Source: Lama glama
Taxonomy: Eukaryota
Direction: 5' to 3'
Length of the DNA: 64,000 nucleotides
NCBI GenBank assembly: GCA_028534125.1
Contig: CM052816.1
Span: 26,786,001-26,850,000, forward strand
This document shows positions 1-13,075 of the stretch, one piece after another. Position 1 is the stretch's first letter. Each line of letters begins with the position of its first letter. The position numbers were made by a program, and so were the translations under genes. The notes beneath the pieces are model-generated. The model saw only the letters and a list, made by a program, of their open reading frames with translations. It searched no databases and had not been told where the DNA came from.

Positions 1-220
1 GGGGTACCTTTAGTGATTTAATCTATAAATGTGCTTGTTAGAGAGCCATAATTATATGCTGACTTGCCTCTTCCGAGGTGAATAAATTATATGTGGTATG
101 GTATTTTAATTGTTAGGAGCATTGGGGCAAAGCTGGGGACTTGGCATGAGAAGTTGAGTACTTAATTTATCTCACTACTTGATATAATTGGAAACTCTTT
201 TTAATGTAATGAACTAAAAT

Positions 221-615
221 CCTGTATGTACATACAATGAGATACGATTCAGCCTTAAAAAGGAAGGAAATCATGTCACAGGCTATACAACATGGACAGA
301 CCTTAAGAATGCTGTGAAGTGAAACAGGCTCGTCACTTAAAGATTGTATGATTCCATTTAAATGAGGTATCTAAAGTAGTCAAATACATGGAAACATAAC
401 GTAGAATGGTGGCTGCTGGGGGCTTGGGTTCAGAAATGGGGAGCTGGTGTTCCATGGGTATCACTATAAATCTTCAGTTTTACAAGATGAAAAAGTTCTA
501 GAGATCAGTTGCACAATAATGTGAATATACTTAAATTACTGAACTGTACACTCAGAAATGGGTAAGATGGTAAATTTTATGGTATGTGTTTCTTACCACA
601 ATTTAAAATAAAATA
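221..615 (+). mobile_element. L1MB-type LINE-1 3' end fragment in the last PPIC intron
   Basis: Typical L1MB 3'UTR motifs (attcagccttaaaaaggaaggaaatc, gatgaaaaagttctagagat, actgaactgtacact, aagatggtaaattttatg) ending in an A-rich tail. Confidence 0.85.
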
Positions 616-994
616 TTTTTAAAAACCCTGAGCCCCACGTGGTTCACTACAGACATAAGTCACCTTCAAAGACACAGAGTATAGCAACCAAAATTACTAA
701 AGAGAATTCAAGTTTATGCTGCTATGTCTCAAAGAATATCCATGGGGTCCAATTCACAATCATAATCACAATAGGAACCTTAAAATCCTCATTCTCATCC
801 ACTCCCAACATTACGCATCCTGGGACACCTGCTGCCTGGTCTCAGATGAACAGTCCTTCACAATTTATGAGTCATAAACTACCTTGAAAAACAAATGAAA
901 ACTGTAACTCTCTTTACAGAAGAAAAAAACAAAACTGTGTTTCTACTGTTGTAAGGGATTTTCAGAATCTTCTGAATTCCATCCTCTGATCCTC

Positions 995-1086
995 CAGAGA
1001 TCATCTGGGTTGCTTTGTTAACAGTGGCCCTCACCCCAGACTCACAGAATCAGAACCTCCAGACGTGGGCCCACAAATAAGCATTT
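995..1086. mobile_element. MER5-family (hAT-Charlie) fragment
   Basis: atcatctggg...tgttaa...ccctcaccccaga...gaatcagaa...tgggccc...gcattt resembles the MER5 core. Confidence 0.55.
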
Positions 1087-1827
1087 AAAAAATTGTGGTA
1101 AAAATAGCACAGAAATGTCCAATTTAACCGTTAAATACACAGGCTTTAAAGTGCCACAGGTAATTCAGACGTGTGGCTGCTGCTCTAGGTTCACACGTGT
1201 GCACAGGTGCACGTACGTACCCACACCCTTGCCGAGTCCTTGACAGTATGAAGCATAAAGCGATACATGGGCTTCTGGAGCCTTCCAGAGTAGACAAAGG
1301 GGCCTTTACATCACTGTGTGGTTGGGGTTACAGAAGTATCAGATTCAACCTGTAGATTAATGGCTGGGGTCCACTTTAAAATGGGCAAACCCAGAACTAT
1401 CTCTGCTTCTAAATCTGCTTTCTGGCCCACTTTCTTCTGCCTAGACCTCTTATAGAGTGGAGCTGAAACTGACTCAAACGCCATGCTAACTTTTAAGTTG
1501 GGTTCTAACAAGTGAGTAGGAATACTTTTTATTAGAGCTAGATGCTTGTAAAAATATCTAATTTTTTTTAGAATATAAAATACTAATAAAAAGGGACGAA
1601 ACACACAAATATGTTCTTTAATTGGCAAGGTAGTGGGTAAATTTTATTCTGTTATATATAATCTTCCTGACTATTTTTAAATTTTCCATACTTAGCTTGC
1701 ATGGTTTTTATAATCATAAAAAACAACTTATCCCCACTTGGGCTTTCAGACTTCACACTGATTTCACTTCTGGATCACCACTGTTGCTGGTCAGAAGTGA
1801 ACCATGGGTCTACTTTTCTCTCACCAG

Positions 1828-1956
1828 ACAGTGGTCCACTCCATAGAACTGCAGGCAACTGATGGGCATGACCGTCCGCTCACCGACTGCTCCATCGTCA
1901 ACAGCGGCAAGATCGATGTGAAAACGCCCTTTGTGGTAGAGGTCGCTGACTGGTGA
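1828..1956 (+). CDS. PPIC: Peptidyl-prolyl cis-trans isomerase C (cyclophilin C), last coding exon; upstream exons lie outside the window
   Basis: Acceptor ttttctctcaccag (AG 1826-1827), then 43 codons [42 protein letters not shown] (TGA 1954-1956), the recognisable cyclophilin C C-terminus. Convergent position next to SNX24 fits known mammalian synteny. Confidence 0.96.
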   Translation, partial: TVVHSIELQATDGHDRPLTDCSIVNSGKIDVKTPFVVEVADW

Positions 1957-2480
1957 TACAACTAGCAGAAAACAAAGAAGCACACACTCTGGCAGGGGTG
2001 TAGGGGTGTGTGTGTCTGTGTGTGTCTTTTGAGTCTTCAAAGTTACTGTTTTGCTTTGTTTTTAAACTTTCTTCTGTTTTCCGCCCTAGATCACAGGGAA
2101 GTTACAAAGATCAACCACTCAAAGTTTAGTTTCCATGAATTTTGGTAAATCACTTGCTTAGGGACTTTGCACTTAAAAGACATATCCCTCTCCTCAAGTG
2201 GTGCTATTTTTAAACTAGAAAATTTTTTATTGGCTATATTCTTCTGAAGAACACATTCATTACTTTGCTGGATTAATTGTGATACCTGGGTTGAGTGATA
2301 CATAAGATCTGTCTGAGAAAGATGGGGATTGGAAGTTTATTACTTTGTATTCAAACAGAAATTCTTTTCAGGTAAAGGGAGATTTGATTAGTATTATCTG
2401 ATATATGGCACAGGAACTTTTACCTGTGAAAGGTGCTTTGGTGTTCTCTATATTAAATACTTTTTATATAGATCAATTAT
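1957..2480 (+). other. PPIC: PPIC 3'UTR (end approximate)
   Basis: Non-repetitive sequence from the stop codon to an ATTAAA at 2452-2457 followed by a T-rich tract. Confidence 0.7.
2452..2457 (+). terminator. Probable PPIC polyadenylation signal (ATTAAA)
   Basis: ATTAAA about 500 nt after the stop, followed by T-rich downstream sequence (tactttttatatagatcaattatttttgcaagactttttttt). Confidence 0.65.
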
Positions 2481-3049
2481 TTTTGCAAGACTTTTTTTAA
2501 ACCTAAATTCTTTGAAAAAGTAATGTATAAAAGTATATGCATTTTCATGTTAATGAACAGACTAAAGAAGATTCTGTATATCAAAATACAAACACAGCTG
2601 GATAATCTGGGATGGGAATGCACAGAAATGGTGCCCATCCACATCCCAAATACTTGAGCTGATTTCTCACTAATTTTTACTCAATGTAACATTTTTAGAA
2701 AGTTCCCTTGAGTCCAGTTGTGACAAAAAGGATTTTTTTTTTCATTTACATAGTGGAGATGAAGCTTCAGGCTGTACTTAAGCTAGCCTTGTTAGGGCCT
2801 TGTTGTAACATACCTGGCAGTAGCACAGTGCACCTGATCTCTGTTCAGGTGAGAGGGGAGCTGCTAGTAAACGGCCCCACAGCTTCTTCTGAGACCTGGA
2901 GACTCATGCAGTGAAGGTCCAAAAAATCCATCTCTTGAGCTGTGTTCTAAGAAAACTGCTTCAATGAGAGATGAGATGAAATGAGCATTCTTACTGCTGA
3001 TGAGGGTGTTCATTGCTACAGCTTTCCTGAAGAGCAGTTGGTTATTTTT

Positions 3050-3560
3050 TTTCCCCAGAATTTATGAAAGGCCTTTGATAGGCCAGGTACCAGCTTTGAG
3101 TTTGGGGGATACAGCAATGGATGAGAACAGGGCATCGTGGAACTTACATTCTAGTGATGAAGACAGAATAAATGAGGTAACAAATAACAGTGTCTTGGCA
3201 CTGTATAAAAACCACTAGGTTTGCTGGAGAGGCTGGGGTGCGGTGGGGGAGGGGCGCTGTTCTAGTGGCTCCTGAGGGGACTTTTGAGCTGAGCTCTGAA
3301 GGACAGAGGGTAGTCAGCTGGCTGCCAGGTGAGATCTGTGATTCAGGTCTTGCAGGTAGAGAGGGAGCGGGAGCATGAGGACCTGGGAGGTCAGAGATAG
3401 GCTGAGGGCAGATCACGGGTGTGAGGGGTCGGGGTGCTGGGGTAAGGCTCTTCCGTTATTCCTATCCAGTTCAGTTTAGGGGGGCACAATGTGATATTCC
3501 TTTAAGAAAGATTATTTTGTCCCTTACAAGGAGAATTTTTATAGGGGGGCGGCAAAGAAC
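3050..3560 (-). mobile_element. L2 LINE 3' fragments
   Basis: ggggatacagcaatg, ggaacttacattctagt, ttttgagctgagctctgaagga are reverse-strand L2 hallmarks. Confidence 0.7.
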
Positions 3561-4169
3561 ATACCAGGAACCTCAAAACATTCGAATCCTCTGAAGTCCC
3601 ACCCCTGGGAATTTGCTGTCAAAAGCAGTCTGAACTTGAAGGGGCATCACTGTTTTGGTCAGTCCAGCATCCAGTCCCGCTTGGTCTGGAGATGACCACC
3701 TGTTTTCTCTGAGGAATCCCACCATCCCCTCAGGCACTGCTTATCCTTAGGGTGGGCTGACCCAACAGATGGGTACACACCTGGCCTGGCAAACTCATTC
3801 ATTGACTCGGTGAATACTGAATGCTGGTCAGAGCTGTGAACAGACAGTGCCAGCCCTCTTGGTTCCCATGCACGTGAACACAGAACATCAGGTAGTCATA
3901 AGTCTGTGAAGGGAGGCAGCAGAGAGAGGGGCTAGAAAATGAAGAGGTGGTCAGGGAAACCCCTGAGTAGGGCCTGAAGAAAGCAAGGGGGCAGAAAGCT
4001 GTGGGGACACTGGGGGACAAGAGCAGTGGCCCTGGCTGAAGGGCAGACTGGTGGGTTCAAGAAACAGCAAAGGGTCCAGGTGTGCAGACTGAGGGCAATG
4101 GAGGAGTCACATGGGAGAGGTGGGAGAGGGAATGGGGTGCTCTGTAGGCCAACCAGAATATTTCTGCAC

Positions 4170-4503
4170 CCTGGCCCTGGTGATGGGCTCAGGGATACCC
4201 ATGTATGACACCAGTCGAGTTAGTGAGCCTCAACTGTGGGAGTTCTGCTGGAAGTAGTAGGAAAGAGTTGCTGTATCTTTTGGGAGGAGGTAAAGGAGCA
4301 GGCATGAGAATGAAACTGGCACAAAGGGAAGCTGGTCCAGGAGATGGAAAGATGGATTCCGGAAGACACTGAGATGAGTCCAGCTATGCCTGAAGCCATC
4401 TCCATCCCTAGTTTTTAGTTACCCAAGCTAATATAGTCCTTTTGCTTAAGCCAGAGTGAACTGATTTCTTGTGACTTACAACCTAAAATCTTTGTCTAAT
4501 ACA
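4170..4503 (+). mobile_element. Old MLT1 (ERVL-MaLR) LTR, 3' part; a probable 5' part lies near 3620-3800
   Basis: ccagctatgcctgaagcca...ttttgcttaagccag...tttcttgtgacttacaacc...ctaataca matches the MLT1J/K-type 3' end. Confidence 0.7.
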
Positions 4504-7500
4504 GCAATATTGGAAAAGTTTTATGTATAATGTGAACTGCAGAATTATTTATGTTAGCAAAATACTGGAAGCAACTTGAATGCCCCAAAATGGTTATAAA
4601 GCAATCTTATACAGTCATTAAGATTAATGCTACAGAACTCAGAGTAACATGTTTTAAAGAAAAAAGTAGAAATTCTGTATGCAACATGATCTCAATTATG
4701 TAAATACATTCTCATAAAGCAAAAATCAACAAAATGTAAATTGACATAAAACAAATGCAGATGGTGGGATTTTTAAAACTCTTTTATGTTTGTATTTTTT
4801 ACTTTGTCTTTTAATTTTCTTCTAGACTGTATTTCTTTTTAATAATTAGAAAAGAACTTATTAAAAAATTTAAAGGTAACACAGGAAGAAATTGGAAACA
4901 AATGTCCTCTTGTACATATAAAAGTGCCTTAAGTCTCAAGTGTCAGAAAGCACTAAGCCACTACCACCCCCTCATGCAAAAGGACACGTCCTGTTTACCA
5001 TATTTGCCATCTAGTTTTTTTCATTAGTATGAGCATAATGAAATATCTCTCTAGAGACAAAGTAAGAAGTGGTTCATTCTGGAAGTGCTGAAATTCTGAG
5101 ACCACTAGTGCACGGTAGCAAACTGTAAGAGTAGCTATTATACCAGGTTACCAATGAGCTAACGCCACCCCCCCCCCCCGCTAAAAGCAGTTTATTCTGA
5201 GGGTCAGGATGTATACTGAAAATATCAGCAACATGATGACTACATATAAACTACTGCTTTATAAAAAGTCTACACCTTCTTGCAAAAGCTTTTGAAATAA
5301 GCAGCTTCCTGTTTTGCCAATCGTGCTGCTAAAAGGACACGTATGTAGCCAAGGGTGTGTGTGGAGTCAGAGGAAAATTATACCAACCCTCACTACCACC
5401 GTGCCCAAATCATTACAATTTAGTCCTGAATCACTTTAATAAACAATTTAAAACATTCTGGTATTCTTAGACATATGTTATTTTATTCAAAGTGCTATTT
5501 GGCAATTTTCTAGATGATCAAATAAGAATTTAGTAAAACTTATTCTTGGATCAGATTAATTAGAATGACACTTTCAAAATTACGAACTACTCCATTTCTG
5601 GTGAATTTTTAGAACTTCATTTTTTAGGTCAGCCGTTTTGAGTTACATAAAGACAAAAATATGGAAAGGATTTTATAGCAGGAAAAAGATTTGTTTTTGT
5701 TTTTCAACATTCCTATAATTCAGACAGCTGAAGAAATCTTTGATCTGGAAGGCTTAGAAATTCAAAGTCCCCTCAAGGCACCTTTTTTTTTTTTTAATTA
5801 AGAAAGAGTAAAAACAGGATTTGTAATGGAAAAATTTGGTACCGTTAAGTACATAACGGCTTTTACTTAAGTCTGAAAGTCTGCAATTCATCTTGTGGAC
5901 TTAAAATTTTGGCCAAGTGTAAGTGTTAGGTGTGATATAACATCACCTACTTGGAGATTTGCTAGTGTTACTGATGTTCTAGAGGGCTGGAAAAACAACT
6001 GGCACTGATCCAGAATTAAAGACTAGTCACTAGTCACAGGAGTCCTGCCTGGAGGGGAAATATTAAAAAAGTCTATCTGACAAATACTAATAGCGAGAAC
6101 AAAATGCATTACTAAATCCATAAATGGAATTTAAAGCCCATCACTAGTTCATCAGTATGATCGGGAGTCATAAATTTGGAGGATTTGGAGGGGACTCAAC
6201 ATGCCAATATCCTTTCTATTGCCTAATTCTGAAGTTTTATTAGGAGTCATGTAAGTTTCCACATCCATTAATTTTTCAGAGGGTATTAAGGACTTTCTTC
6301 CTGAAGCACACGGGGACTTTAAAGTGCTATTAAAACTTCGGTCACCATCTGTCCTAGGTGGTAATTTTTCTGTCCTGTCATTTGGATAGATATCTCAGTT
6401 TGAACACTCCAACATTTTTCTTCCAACCTGGACACAAGATGGGTCTGCTTCCTCTGCCTCTCCTGGACACCAGGACACTGGGACAGAACGTCATAAGCGA
6501 AGGACTAAGAACTGGTCAGCCTGGAGCAGAGAAAGTCAAGACTTATCCCTGCTGTCCTGACCTCAGAACTTCTGAATCACCTCCAAGCCTTGTACAAGCT
6601 GCTCCCTCTACCTAGCCAGACTCCCTGACCCCTTTGCTTCTCATCACTCTTCAGGACTCAGCATGTCCTGAAGGAGCCTTCACTGGAAACTTCCTCACAC
6701 TGTGTTCTAACTGCTTACTTCCTGGGTGTCTCCTAGCTCCTCCATGGACTGGAAGTTCCTCTAGGGCAAGAATTGGATCATACTCCTCATCTAAACCCCA
6801 GACCCTGTTTCATGCATAACTGATGCTCAGTAAGTATGTTTAGAATTGGCAACCAAAAAGAATATGCCTACAGTTGTACTATGCGGTATTTAGCATCGCT
6901 TAGGACCAGAAAGGCTGCTCTGGCATTCGTCTTTTGACTTCTTCAAAGACTGCTACCTTTTTTTAAAAAAAAAACTTTTCCTCTTTATTTTCTGAGCTAA
7001 GGTTTGAAAGGCACAAGAGAAGTAGGTGGGCAAAAATGAGGTGTGTGTCCAGCAGTGAGAGGAAGGGCCCAAGTGGTGGCAAGCCTTAAGTGGCAGTGTC
7101 CGTGGTGGGTGGGAGGGGGCTTCAGTGACACACCCTGGGCATGAGCTGCTGGCAGTGGCTGAGGCCCAGCCCTGAGCTGGGCGGTGTGGATTTACCTGAG
7201 AAGTGATGAGAAACCCCTCTCTCTCTAGTTGTAGGTACTGCAGGAGACATGGTGTCCACTGTGGAAGACTTTGCATGTGAATCCTCTTTTGCTGGTCGAT
7301 TCATGTGGGTCAGTGAGAAAACTGCAGTCACTCCGCTCACAACGGGTAAACCAGTGAGGCAGCAGCTCGATGCCCTTTGTGGTCAAAGTCACAGATTTGA
7401 TCTTCATGCTTTGCTTTGTTCCTGGCTATAGAGCATACCCCTGACCCTTGTGAACCAAGCACAAAGTTAACAGCATAAATCTATCACCACAACGAGAAAA

Positions 7501-7669
7501 ATCCAGCTTAGTTTTCTTCTGCTGGTGGATCATGTTGCATCTAGTTTTGTTTTCAAGCAGCTGCAGATACTAACCAGCAAACAAGGAGTCAGTGTCTCAA
7601 CTGGAGGAGAGACCAAGGCCTAGGAAAGGATGTATCCAGCAACCTGGAGCTCCCTGAGGATAGGGGTCC

Positions 7670-7989
7670 TGTCTTAGTTTAGACTGCTACAACAAAGCAC
7701 CATAGACTGGGTGGCTTACTAACAACAGAAATCTATTTCTCATCATTTTGGAGTCTGGGATCCAAGATGTAGGCATCAGCAGATTTGGGGTCTGGCAAGA
7801 GCCTTCTTCCTGGTTCACAGATGGACATCTTTTTGCTGTGTCCTCACATGGTGGAAGGAGCAAGCGAATTCTCCCCACCTTCATGACCTAGTCACCTTTT
7901 AAAGACCCACCTCCAAATACCATCACATTGGGGATTAGGTTTCAACATATGAATTTGGGGGAGGGGACATAAATGTTCAGTCTATGGTA
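7670..7989 (-). mobile_element. MLT1A-type solo LTR with intact 5-bp target-site duplication
   Basis: tgtcttagt...gtcctcacatggtggaagg...tttcaacatatgaatttggggg...agtctatggta; GGTCC flanks both sides (7665-7669 and 7990-7994). Confidence 0.9.
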
Positions 7990-8009
7990 GGTCCCTACCT
8001 CCCACTCCC

Positions 8010-8960
8010 AGCTCCAGTCAATGAATGGCACCACCATCCAACCAATTATTCCAACCCAAAACCCCTCCTTGACTTCTTCCTCCCTTCCTTTTACCTCCCA
8101 CATCCAAGCCATCAGTAAGTTCATTGGTAGCTCCACAGTATATCTTGATTATCCATGTCTCACCCTCTCCACTGCCACTCTGCTAACACAGATGGTCATC
8201 TCTCACCCAGGTTATTCAAGTGGTCTCCTAACAGTCTCTCTGCTTCAGATCCTTCACCCATCAGTGCATTCTCCACAGGTAGCCAGAGTAAGCTTTTAAA
8301 AGTAAATCAGATCAAGTGTAATACACCAGATGTGTTATCCTAAATTGCATATTGTTTGCTGATGCTTGTGAGCTGTTGGGAGGATTTTTTTTTAAGTCAC
8401 ATTTTAAAAAATTTCATACCTAAATAAAAATACATAGATATAAAAAACCAAACCATTATTTGTCAATTACAACTCAATAAAGCTGAAGAAAATAAAGTAA
8501 AACAGATCATCTCCCTCCTGTATAAAACCCATCGATGGTTTCCCATTGCACATGGGCTATAAGCCAAACTCTGGAATGCCGCCTCCCAAGGTGGGCCCTG
8601 TGGGATCCAGCCCCAGCCCTTAACTACCCTCTAAACTCACCAGCTTTCCCTTGGGACCCTGACTGAAGCTGTCCTTGTTTGAGGCTTTGGAACCTGGTGA
8701 CTATCTCTGTAGCACCACCACCCTCCCCTACTCTGGCCAGCTAATTCCTCAAACAACTTTTACATCTCTACTTCAATGTCACTACCTCGGAGAAGGCTCC
8801 TGACTCATCCAAATCTCAATTAGATATCTTCCCTGCATATAAGTAAACCTTCTTATTTTTCCTTTATAGCATGCAACATTTTATAAAGACACATTGTGGG
8901 GGGTATTTATCCATCTAATACCACATTATTCTACAAGTTCCATGAAGTCAAGGATTCTAG
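8010..8960 (+). mobile_element. L2 LINE fragments with a small L1 3' tail near 8430-8500
   Basis: gaatggcaccaccatcca, cccacatccaagccatcagtaagt, tggtctcctaac, atggtttcccattgcac are L2 motifs; tgtcaattacaactcaataaagctg is an L1 3' end. Confidence 0.7.
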
Positions 8961-9306
8961 TTTACTCAGATTCACATTTAAAGATATCAAGGATTTAGAA
9001 AGATACCATGATGCCTTCTGCAATTAAGAAAAATTACAATAACCAGATATAAAAGCTTATGTAAACAAAGATAATTTCTAAGTGTATGATCTCTCTTATT
9101 GTTTACTGCATTTAAAATACCTTATTGGTTTAATTGAGTTGCTCATGGGCTGGTGTCTTAAAGGTATCACCAGCCTTTTTAGTGCCGTCTGGCACTGTTT
9201 GATTTTTGTGCCTGTTCACCCTAGAAGTACTGTGAGTTTTCTGTAAATAAAAAAAAAGTTTGAACATCAAAAAATGTGCAACATGAAAATAATTTGAAAG
9301 GTTCCT

Positions 9307-9495
9307 AGAGTTGGGTTTCTCAAACTCTAGTGTGCATTAGAATCACCTGGAAGGCTTGTTAAGATTCCTGGGTTCCACTCTCCGAGCGTCTTGAGTCTGT
9401 AAGTCTGGGGCAGGGCCTGGGAATGTGTGCTTCCAACAATTTCTTAGTGATGCTGATGCTGCTGATGCAAGGTCCAAAACTTCAAAAAACCACTG
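9307..9495. mobile_element. MER5A hAT-Charlie MITE
   Basis: ggtttctcaaact...gcattagaatcacctgga...gtgatgctgatgctgctg...aaccactg. Confidence 0.85.
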
Positions 9496-9829
9496 TCCTC
9501 AGATGTCGCAGAACCATAGATTCTAACCACCGAATTAGCATTTGTAAAAGATAGACAATTAAGAAATCATCCAAGTACATGGTCACTCAAGCCATTACCA
9601 TTCTGTGTATTGAGCAAACTATAGAAAACTACTGTTTCAGAAAAGTCAGGATAAATCATTACAGGAATCTGGGAAGATGTAGCAAATCTTGGTTTCAAGG
9701 TCATCTGCTCTGCACACGTGTCTGAAGGCCCTGCTGTGAAGCATGGAGTCAGCTCCGAGCTGGGTGGTAGGAATACAGGCTACATCATCTCTCCTTCAGC
9801 CGTGGTTCTTGAGATCCACTCTGGCCCCC

Positions 9830-10450
9830 ACACTGGATAAACAGTGTGAACAAGTCAGACGCTACCCTTGCCCACATGGAGCTCATGTTCTTTGGGTGGA
9901 GGGTGGGGCAAAGGGAGACATTAATCAAATAAACAGGGTATTACAGACGGTGATAACCACTGTGAAAGAAATAACAGTGTGCTATGACAGAACAGTGGTG
10001 CTGAGTGAGAGTTGGGGTGCAGCATAAATTCGGGTGACAAGGAGGGGCTCTTTGGGGAAGTAGCATCTAAGTTGAGACCTAACAGATGAGAGTGAGCAGT
10101 CTTCTGAAGAGAGGCGGGAAGGGGGTTTCAGGCAGAGATCAGCAGCTCTAAAGGGCCCATGCGAGAACCAAGGTTGGCGAGTCCTGGGAAATCAAGGCTA
10201 GTGTCGCCAGGATGATAAGAACCAGGAAGAGGAGGGCAGAGGAACTTGGAGAAAGTAGCAGGAGGGAATGAAAACTACTGGAGAATTTTGAGCAAGTGAC
10301 ATGATTTGATGGACATGTTAAACAGATGACTCTGGCTCCTGAGTGGAGGAGGATGGACTATCGTAAAAGTGGAAGCAGAGAGACCTGGGAGGAGGCTGCA
10401 GCTGAGAGCACAGAGCATATGTGAATCCAGGGAGACGGGAAAGCATGCTG
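9830..10450 (-). mobile_element. L2 LINE fragment
   Basis: atggagctcatgttct, gcatctaagttgagacct, gagaattttgagcaagtgacatgatttgat, agatgactctggct. Confidence 0.7.
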
Positions 10451-10594
10451 ATAAGACAGTGTAGAAATGTGAGCGACTGTCACAATACTAGTTCTCTTTG
10501 ACTTGAGTATTCATGTATGGTTCTAAATGCACATATAAATACAAACAGTTCTAATGGGAGGCTGATGGCGGAGTGGACTAGCCTGATTTCATGT

Positions 10595-10790
10595 GTGAAA
10601 GATTCAAATCCTGATCCCCTTTATTAACTAGTGGTCTTGGTCAGGCTATCCTGCCTTGCTGAGCCTTCATTTTTCTGTCAAATGAGAACAATACGAACAC
10701 ATACCTCAGAAAGATGTTGTGAGGCTTTGATGGGATGATCTGTGGACAGAATTTCGCCAAATTAGTGCTCAGTCGTGATAGTTATCTACC
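10595..10790 (+). mobile_element. MIR SINE
   Basis: ttcaaatcctg...ctgagcctt...aaatgagaacaata...tacctcaga...gttgtgagg follows the MIR core. Confidence 0.7.
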
Positions 10791-11094
10791 TTATCTTCAA
10801 TTTCTTTTTCAGTGAAAGTTTGTACAAACTTTGTAAAGTTATAATGGGATGAAGTATGAAGAGCCTTAGGGCACCCAGAGGAACTTGGTACATAAGATAT
10901 CGAAGTGAAGAGAATATCAAAGCTGGAGACATGGTTGACAGCAAGACGCCTGATGTAAGAGCAATGAAGACAAAAAGTGTCTCACATTTTATAGGTCAGA
11001 GTTACAATCATACTCCACAGATACAAAACAAAATACTTCTTTAGTCAATTACATGTACTTCAATGGCTTAATATTTCAATGCACCCCCTTCAGC

Positions 11095-11097
<3 letters not shown>

Positions 11098-11137
<40 letters not shown>
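11098..11137 (+). repeat. (CA)n microsatellite
   Basis: About 20 uninterrupted CA units. Confidence 0.95.
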
Positions 11138-11139
<2 letters not shown>

Positions 11140-11611
11140 ACCTCTTCACCCATGTCAGAATCCAGGCTGTCACTATGCTTCTGCATGGATGGAAAACATA
11201 AATGGGGCGGAATTTTCAGTTTTGAGTTAGTGTCTGCTACTTCCCTGGGTTTTTGTTGCTGAATTCAAAATTCATAATTATCATCAAGGATGAAAACCAA
11301 AACAAAGCCAAGATGAAAATGACTACTTTAAAGCTGAGCTTTAAAGAGAGACTGGAGAAGATAGCCTTCATCACCGAACTTTATATCCAATTCAGTTAAA
11401 TGGAAAAATACTTCCCAGTAAATTGCCCTAAATTCCAGAAAACAAGGATTATGTCTCTATTCTTTAGATAATGAACACTGTGCCTTCAACCAGCGAGAGA
11501 ACTCAAGTGCATTTTATTGGATGATTGGGTAAAGAAATGTATAGCCATATAGGGTATCAATTGAGATCACTACTCAAACTTGTGTCATCTTGCTGCTTCT
11601 TCAAAGCATCC

Positions 11612-11935
11612 TGCTATCGGCTGAATGTTTGTGTCCACCTCTTCCCCCCAAATTCATATATTGAAACTTAGTCCCCTGTGTGATGGTGTTTGGAGGTGGG
11701 GCCTTTGGAAGGTTAGCGATAGTGCCCTCATGAAAGAGGCCCCACAGAGATTCCCTGGCCCCTGTCCTGCCATATGAGGACACAGTGGAAAGAGAGCCCC
11801 TTCCCAGACACCAAATGTGCCAGTGCCCTGATCTAACACTTCCTAGACTCCAGAACAGGGAGAAATAACTGTTTGTTTTTTATAAGCTACTCGGTCTCTG
11901 GTATTTCTGTCACAGCAGCCAGAACAGACTAAGTC
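11612..11935 (+). mobile_element. MLT1A-type solo LTR
   Basis: tgctatcggctgaatgtttgtgtcc...aaattcatatattgaaac...gccatatgaggacacag...cagcagccagaacagactaag. Confidence 0.88.
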
Positions 11936-12359
11936 CCTTCTCCTTGAGACCACATGCAATACTGAGAGGTGAGTCGATGTTCTTCTCATAACAGATTCTG
12001 CAGGAGGCATGAAAGTCAATCATCACCAAAGAAGGGGGGGGGAGTTCATAAACCATCTCACATTTTCACCTCCCTCAAACAGTGGTTCCTAACAAGGGTG
12101 TAGGAGAATCAACTGGGCAGATTTTCTAAGTACCCAACCACAGGCCCCGGTCCAGATTTACTGATTCATAGTTTTAGGTGATTTCTGATGCACATCTCTG
12201 GTTTAGAACTATTGTTTCAGGATCTCAGAGGTTCCCAGGTATATGAGACCAGCACCTGGTGTGTGTGCGGAAACTCCTGCAGCCGTGACAAAGATCACTA
12301 ATTGGTTACCACACCTTTACTCACTCAACCTATACTCACTCAAAATACTTTAAAAAGTT

Positions 12360-13075
12360 TTTAAAAAATGGTGGTAAAATATGTATGACATAAAATTTAC
12401 CATTTTAACCATTTTAAAATATATTGTTCAGTGGCATTAAGTACATTTACACTGTTGTATAACCGTTGCCACCATTCATCTTTAGAACTTTATCGTCCCC
12501 AACTGAAACTCAAACACTAATTAGTTTCCCCCCTCCCTCCAGACCCCGGCAACCACCACTCTATTTTCTGTTTCTATGAGTTTGACTATTCTAGGTACCT
12601 TATATAAGTGGAATCATGCAGCAGCTGTCCTTTTGTGACTGGCTTATTTCACTGAGCATAATGTGGTCAAGGTTTATCCATATTGTAGCAGGTGTCAAGA
12701 TTTCCTCCCTTTTTAAGGCTGAATAATCCATTGTATGTACACACATTTTATCCATTCATCCATCAATGGACGCTTGAGTTGCTTCTGCCTTTCAGTTACT
12801 GTGAATAGTGCTTTCAAGGACTTGGGGTGTAGAAATCTCTGTTTGAGTCCCTGCATTCACTTCTTACGGGTATACATCTGGAAGTGGAGTTGCTAGATCA
12901 TGTGGTAATTTTGTTTACTTTTTTAAAGAAATGCCATGCCATTTTGAAGAAGTGGGACCATTCTGCATTCCTACCAGCAATGTATAAGGTGTTCAATGTC
13001 TTCTCATCCTTGCCAAAAACTTGTTATTTTCTGTTTTTGGATCATATCCACTCTACCAGGTGTGTCAGAATCCTT
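12360..13075 (-). mobile_element. L1MB-type LINE-1 3' fragment
   Basis: ggtaaaatat...taaaatttaccattttaacc, cttttgtgactggcttatttcactgagcataatg, aagtggagttgctagatcatgtggtaatt, gcattcctaccagcaatgtata. Confidence 0.9.

Noticed and set aside
1..12. ggggtacc at the window start as a possible donor of the preceding PPIC exon
   Set aside because: No exon sequence is visible to test it and the donor match is poor.
1810..2040. 76-aa minus-strand ORF
   Set aside because: Antisense shadow of the PPIC last exon.
5168..5179. Poly-C run as a G-quadruplex or regulatory site
   Set aside because: Isolated homopolymer with no supporting context; length is also prone to sequencing error.
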